9,785 bases of DNA, taken from contig JAWBIX010000014.1 in assembly GCA_038833255.1 (NCBI GenBank), positions 1 through 9,785 on the forward strand. The letters run 5' to 3'. The stretch's first letter is position 1, and each line of letters begins with the position of its first letter. This document shows, one piece after another, positions 5,123-9,785 of this stretch. This DNA comes from Nanopusillaceae archaeon (lineage in GTDB: Archaea > Nanobdellota > Nanobdellia > Nanobdellales > Nanobdellaceae). Below the pieces are notes generated by a model. That model searched no databases and was not told where the DNA came from. It saw only the letters and a program-made list of their open reading frames with translations. The position numbers and the translations under genes were made by a program.

Positions 5123-6868
5123 TTATATTTTGATTTTGAAAAAAATAAATGATAAAATATAACAAAAAGCAGTTGAGGAAATATTAGATAATATGGCACC
5201 AAAAATTCCAATTTTTGGTATTAATAAAATATCTAACAAAATAAAAGATATTAAATAAATCAAATTAATTATAGATATCTCTTTTAAATAAGATTTTAGC
5301 CATAATAAATTGTGGAATATACTTAAAGAAAAAATGGGCAATAATAAAGAAGACAATTTCAAGTATTTTGACGCCTCTATATATTTTTCTCCGAATAACA
5401 ATAAAATAATTTTGTCTGAGAAAATTATTATAATTAAAGCTAGTGAAATATAGATTAAAATTTGGATAAAAAAGAAAAACTTTATTTTTTTCTTTATCTC
5501 ATCTTTAGACCATCTTAAAATTCTCGGAAGTAAAATATTATACAAAGATAAAAGATTTGATAAAATATACACAACATTCAAAGCATTATAATATAGAGAA
5601 ATTTCTACAAGCCCTTTTAAATAAGATATAAAACTATATCTGAATGAATTATAAAAAGACAAAATTATATTGCTATAGTTTATTAATATACCATATTTTA
5701 ATAATTCTTTTAATTTTGTGAAATTTATTCTAAACTTAATTTTTTTAAATAATTCAGGATAATGCTTTTTTGTAAAAATCAATTCTATTAAATTCAATAT
5801 AAAAAACGTAAAAAATATTCCCAAAATTGCTCCTTTAGCTGGTGTTATAATTGAAAAAAATAAAACTAAAATTAATTTTAAAGCACCCTCTAAAATATCA
5901 AAATATTTATTAATGTCAAATTTTAAATCAGAAAAAAATAAATGGGAAAGCAAAACTCTGGTTGTAAAAAATATTGATGTTAAAAGAATTGCCGGAAGAA
6001 TCAATATATTATTTGTATTAAAAACTGTAAAAAAGAAATTCTTAAAAATTACTAATATAAAAAAAATAATTAAGGAATTTAAAAAATATAGGAACAAAGA
6101 ATTTATAATATAATCAAATCTTTCTTCTCTTTTTTCTGAAAAAAATTTGTAAGTTGGAATAGAGAGAGAAATAATAGTTGCGAAGGATATAATTAGGCTA
6201 TGAAAATTCACATATCTACCATACAATTCAACAGCCAAAAATCTAGATAAAATTATCATTAATAAAAAAGTAAAGAATTTTAATGAAATAAAACCAATTT
6301 TTTCATTTATAAGATCTTTAATTATCTTTTTTTCATATATTTTGTTTATTATTTTAATTAAATTTTTTAATAATTTTTTAAATGCAGTCAAAATATCTAA
6401 TATAAATTGTTTTTCAATAAAATAATCTAGATTTATATCAACTTCCATATTTTCCTCAATTTCTTTAAGCAATTCAGATACTCTTACATTATTTTTAAAG
6501 AAAATAATTCTAGTTAATATATTCAAATTCAAAAGCTTTAATATTTTTGAATTATAACCAAATCTAACGATATTTTTATTAAATTCTAAATTTTTTATTT
6601 TTTTTATATTAAAATTAATATTTCCTTCAATAAATAATATATCATCTCTAAATTTTTCTTTAATGATCTTTAAAACTTCTACTTTCTTTATTTTCTTTTT
6701 AGAGATAATAAAGTTTACTTTTATTTTCTCTTTTATCTTTTTTAAAATTTCAGAATCTTGAAAATTGTTTATAAATATATAAACATCTTTTTTTAAGTTT
6801 TTTAAAATTGTAGCATTATATATTATCTTTTTTAAATCTTTTCCTTCAGAATAAAATACTATTTTCAT
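5123..6868 (-). CDS. MOP-superfamily (Wzx/RfbX-like) oligosaccharide flippase with a ~190-aa N-terminal soluble GT-A-like domain
   Basis: The C-terminal ~390 aa contain about 12 hydrophobic segments, with a basic central loop (KKHYPELFKKIKFRINFTKLKELLKYG) between segments 6 and 7. The domain opens with LSRFLAVELYGRYV, typical of polysaccharide-biosynthesis/Wzx proteins. I place the start at ATG 6868-6866 (MKIVFYSEGK) rather than 6910, because it forms an ATGA overlap with the aglH stop (TGA 6867-6865). Confidence 0.78.
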   Translation of the reverse strand: MKIVFYSEGKDLKKIIYNATILKNLKKDVYIFINNFQDSEILKKIKEKIKVNFIISKKKIKKVEVLKIIKEKFRDDILFIEGNINFNIKKIKNLEFNKNIVRFGYNSKILKLLNLNILTRIIFFKNNVRVSELLKEIEENMEVDINLDYFIEKQFILDILTAFKKLLKNLIKIINKIYEKKIIKDLINEKIGFISLKFFTFLLMIILSRFLAVELYGRYVNFHSLIISFATIISLSIPTYKFFSEKREERFDYIINSLFLYFLNSLIIFFILVIFKNFFFTVFNTNNILILPAILLTSIFFTTRVLLSHLFFSDLKFDINKYFDILEGALKLILVLFFSIITPAKGAILGIFFTFFILNLIELIFTKKHYPELFKKIKFRINFTKLKELLKYGILINYSNIILSFYNSFRYSFISYLKGLVEISLYYNALNVVYILSNLLSLYNILLPRILRWSKDEIKKKIKFFFFIQILIYISLALIIIIFSDKIILLLFGEKYIEASKYLKLSSLLLPIFSLSIFHNLLWLKSYLKEISIINLIYLISFILLDILLIPKIGIFGAILSNISSTAFCYILSFIFFKIKI

Positions 6869-7872
6869 ATTAGGAATGCAATAGTAGATATTATTAGCTG
6901 TAAAATACATATAGTAATTACTACCCTGTTTTCTGTTGCTTTTTTAAATAATTTTCTATTTAATCTAATTGCAAAATGTGTTATACTATATATTTTATCA
7001 TATGGTTCGAAGAGATTATTATTTTCATCTGGAATTCCAAAGTTTTCTTTATAAATTCCATTTTTTAAACCTCTAAGAAATAGAAGAAGTTCTAAGAAGT
7101 ATAAAGTATAAGAAATAACCCCAAACTTTTCCATATTTCCAATTATTACTAAAGATCCGTATAAGGCCCCAATTCCATAGGTAAAAGTATTTCCTGGAAA
7201 AACTTTTGCAGGATATTTATTAAAAATAAGAAAAGCTGTTAAAGAAGAAAGAACAATTATACATATTGTTGATATATATAACAAACCAACTTGAAATGCT
7301 TTTAATCCCAAGAATGAAAAGAGTATCATACCCATTAATGTTTCCAATCCATTATAACCAGCAATCATATTAAAAGCATTAGATGCTCCAACAATTCCGA
7401 TAGGTATTAATAAAAATATGTAAAGTAGTCCTAAATCTACAGCTCCCAGAAATGGAATATGAATTATAGTATACCCAGATGCAGTTACAATTAAAGGCAA
7501 GGATAAAATACTAGTTATTAAAACTTTTTTCCAATGAGTTATCCCTTTTTTCCATCCTAAAAAATCATCTAAAGTTCCTATAATTGTTGATAAAGATAAA
7601 ATAGTTATTATTGTAAATATTTGTAGCAAGTTATGCACAGTACCTAGAATATACGTTTTTATTGAAATATATAATAATAAGGAGATAATTATTGAAAGAA
7701 TTACATAAAATCCGCCAGCCTCTACTACTTCTGGCTTTTCATATTTATTCATATCTTTTCCAACAAATTTTAATTCTTTTCCTATTTTAATCCACTTTTT
7801 TACTAGAAAATAAGTTAATAAAAAAGAGAATAAAACAATTACTAACAGTATAAATAATTCTATACCTCCCAT
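6865..7872 (-). CDS. aglH: Dolichyl/polyprenyl-phosphate N-acetylhexosamine-1-phosphate transferase (MraY/WecA/Alg7 family; archaeal AglH type)
   Basis: 335 aa multi-pass membrane protein. It has the cytoplasmic DD motif (GTLDDFLGW) and NAFNMIAGYNGLE, which matches the family signature as seen in archaeal AglH/eukaryotic Alg7 relatives. The ATG at 7872 overlaps the aglB 3' end by 13 nt. Confidence 0.88.
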   Translation of the reverse strand: MGGIELFILLVIVLFSFLLTYFLVKKWIKIGKELKFVGKDMNKYEKPEVVEAGGFYVILSIIISLLLYISIKTYILGTVHNLLQIFTIITILSLSTIIGTLDDFLGWKKGITHWKKVLITSILSLPLIVTASGYTIIHIPFLGAVDLGLLYIFLLIPIGIVGASNAFNMIAGYNGLETLMGMILFSFLGLKAFQVGLLYISTICIIVLSSLTAFLIFNKYPAKVFPGNTFTYGIGALYGSLVIIGNMEKFGVISYTLYFLELLLFLRGLKNGIYKENFGIPDENNNLFEPYDKIYSITHFAIRLNRKLFKKATENRVVITICILQLIISTIAFLI

Positions 7873-9785
7873 ATGCTTCTATATTTTCTTAAGCCATATA
7901 TTTCCGAACATTTGTTAATCTCTTCTAAATTTGTTGCTAAATATAAACAATATTTATATTCTGGTACATCAAAACTTTCAGGATAATTTATTTTCCATAT
8001 CTTTGCAGGTTGAACTTCTCTATATATAAATGGAAGTACATAACCATATAGTAAGTTTACTATGGTTGGATAAAAGTATCCTACCAATCTAAAGTATGGT
8101 TCTCCTTCATCAAAGAAGTAAAGTCTTACCCATGTATAGTTTCTAGATTTTTGAGATATGAAAAAGGCATTAGATATAGAAAGAATTCTATTTTCTTTTA
8201 TTAAACTTGGAGTAACATAAAGACATCCATTATAATCTGAGTTTTCAAATTCTAATAAAATTCCATCAAAATATACACAACCTAGAGATAAATTATATAC
8301 TCTGTTTCTATAAAAAATATACAAAGTTGCATTAATTATGTTCCAAGGATTTATTTTCTCTTCAACTAAACTTCTTCTTAGTTGTTTTATTTCTACAATT
8401 GGCTCGGAAAATATAAGATCTACTCTGAATATTATACCACAATCCCAAATATTTAATTCTGGTATACATCTTGGAATTCTTTCACCATTTATATAAATAT
8501 TTTCATCTAATAAAAAGTTTCCATAGTAAGATAATCTGTTTTCGTTAGCCAGCAAATAATAAAATTCATTAATTCTGACTCCTTCTAAAATCCTTTCTCT
8601 CTCAGGAACTAGAGAACTAAAAATAGTAATCCAGGAATGTTTATCAAACATTTCATCAGATCCCAACTTAGTAAATTGATAGGATTTTCCAATATCTGTA
8701 GGATCTATATATAAATAAGAAGGTTTTAGATATTTCATATTGTAAAGTTTTTCTAAAATAATTTTTTCTTCTTCACTTAAATCAAATTCTTTTATTGTTT
8801 CGAAATCTCCATTAAACTTATATAAAAGATTTATCCATTCGTTTTTTAATCTTCTTTTAACATTTTCAATGATTTTTAATTCTTTTTCAGTAAAATTAAC
8901 TTTTTTGTAGATATAATCATAAAATATTCTGTTTTTGTTAAATAATTCTAATATTTTAAATGTTTTATAATCATAAACAGAATGTACATATAATAATTCC
9001 AAAGATTCTAAAAAATTATTACCTGACAAACCATATCTACCCATTAAATGATTCCAATATGGATATGAATTATCTCCAGATAACCAAACAGTTCTATTTG
9101 CAAGGACCCTTCCATAATATCCATAATCCCACCAAAAATGAATTATTGCATCCTTTTCAGAATATCTATTTAAATATAACATAGCGTTTATTATATAATC
9201 TTCAGTTCCACCAAAACTAATTGGTATAAAGTAATGTGTTATATATCCAAAATAATTATAAATTCCATAGAGAATTATGAAGAGTATAGAATATTGCAAA
9301 TATTTTATTAAATCTAGTTTTTCTTTTTTTAACAGATAGTTTTCAATTATAAAATAAATGTAGAAAAATGTTGGGATTAATATAGGAAAAGCATTTATTT
9401 TAGTTTCAGAATTATATTTAATGAATAAATTGAATGCTGTTATTGCTGAAATAAATAACAAAATATTTATTATTATTTCTAAAAATAAAGAAATTTCTTT
9501 TCTATTAATTTTAATGTGATCTAACCATTTGATAGAATTTACAAACAATAAAGATATCGAGAAACCACTAAAGAAAGCCAATCTATAAATATATTTTCCA
9601 ACTAACAAACATATTACAGAAATTGTTATAATAAAAAGGTCTTCTTCAGAAATCTCCCTATTTCTAAAAATTACTATCAGCAACATGGGAATAAGAGAAA
9701 GCCAGGCGAATAATGTAGAAATCTCTAAAGATAATAAGTTATCAAGGAAAAATAAAGATAAAAATAAAAAGAAAGAAACTAATAA
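7860..9785 (-). CDS. aglB: Archaeal oligosaccharyltransferase AglB (STT3 family), N-terminus truncated by the window edge
   Basis: The WWDYGYY motif (nt 9134-9120 encode WWDYG) is preceded by INAMLYLNRYSEKDAIIHF and several TM segments. A DK-type motif candidate, YIDPTDIGKSYQF, has DIGK at nt 8696-8685. The C-terminal globular domain is Cys-containing. Upstream of ATG-9686 the frame stays open to nt 9785 (hand translation LLVSFFFILSLFFLDNLLSLEISTLFAWLSLIP, TM-like), so the true start and the EL1 DxD motif lie outside the window. Confidence 0.9.
   Translation of the reverse strand, partial: LLVSFFLFLSLFFLDNLLSLEISTLFAWLSLIPMLLIVIFRNREISEEDLFIITISVICLLVGKYIYRLAFFSGFSISLLFVNSIKWLDHIKINRKEISLFLEIIINILLFISAITAFNLFIKYNSETKINAFPILIPTFFYIYFIIENYLLKKEKLDLIKYLQYSILFIILYGIYNYFGYITHYFIPISFGGTEDYIINAMLYLNRYSEKDAIIHFWWDYGYYGRVLANRTVWLSGDNSYPYWNHLMGRYGLSGNNFLESLELLYVHSVYDYKTFKILELFNKNRIFYDYIYKKVNFTEKELKIIENVKRRLKNEWINLLYKFNGDFETIKEFDLSEEEKIILEKLYNMKYLKPSYLYIDPTDIGKSYQFTKLGSDEMFDKHSWITIFSSLVPERERILEGVRINEFYYLLANENRLSYYGNFLLDENIYINGERIPRCIPELNIWDCGIIFRVDLIFSEPIVEIKQLRRSLVEEKINPWNIINATLYIFYRNRVYNLSLGCVYFDGILLEFENSDYNGCLYVTPSLIKENRILSISNAFFISQKSRNYTWVRLYFFDEGEPYFRLVGYFYPTIVNLLYGYVLPFIYREVQPAKIWKINYPESFDVPEYKYCLYLATNLEEINKCSEIYGLRKYRSIWEV

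Noticed and set aside
5913-6113. Plus-strand ORF 5913..6113 inside the flippase gene
   Set aside because: It is the Lys-rich mirror image of a Phe/Leu-rich TM region on the opposite strand, a composition artefact.
7864-7869. Shine-Dalgarno-like GGAGGT on the minus strand at the aglB/aglH junction
   Set aside because: It lies downstream of the aglH ATG (codons 2-3, Gly-Gly) and within the last aglB codons (..W-E-V-stop). No ATG/GTG/TTG follows at SD spacing, and the next Met (aa 41) would delete the first TM helix.
8960-9184. Plus-strand ORF 8960..9184 inside aglB
   Set aside because: It overlaps the region encoding the conserved WWDYG motif on the other strand and has no independent support.
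1-9785. CRISPR array, defence system or toxin-antitoxin pair
   Set aside because: There are no regularly spaced direct repeats with unique spacers. Every long ORF is accounted for by surface, RNA-modification, motility or glycosylation functions. The small leftover ORFs are antisense artefacts.

Overview
Very AT-rich archaeal DNA (about a quarter G+C by eye, not computed) with tightly packed genes. On the plus strand: the 3' part of a large cell-surface protein (Ig-like modules plus a NosD/PbH1 parallel beta-helix; the ORF is open to the window start), a TRAM-less Fe-S RNA (uracil-C5)-methyltransferase, a stand-alone archaellin gene, then tRNA-Thr(UGU) and tRNA-Asp(GUC). On the minus strand, converging on the tRNAs, is an overlapping four-gene operon. 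It comprises aglB (STT3-type oligosaccharyltransferase, N-terminus beyond the window end), aglH (polyprenyl-P HexNAc-1-P transferase), a MOP/Wzx-type flippase with an extra N-terminal GT-A-like domain, and a PfkB sugar kinase. Three features suggest a hyperthermophilic, small-genome archaeon, plausibly Nanoarchaeota/DPANN (inference only): tRNAs of about 70% G+C in roughly 25% G+C DNA, archaellin/AglB genes, and a RumA/RlmC-type methyltransferase. I see no CRISPR array, transposase, integrase, toxin-antitoxin or recognisable defence genes. The most interesting content is a compact N-glycosylation module next to its likely substrates, several atypical domain architectures, and small symmetric DNA elements around the tRNA genes.
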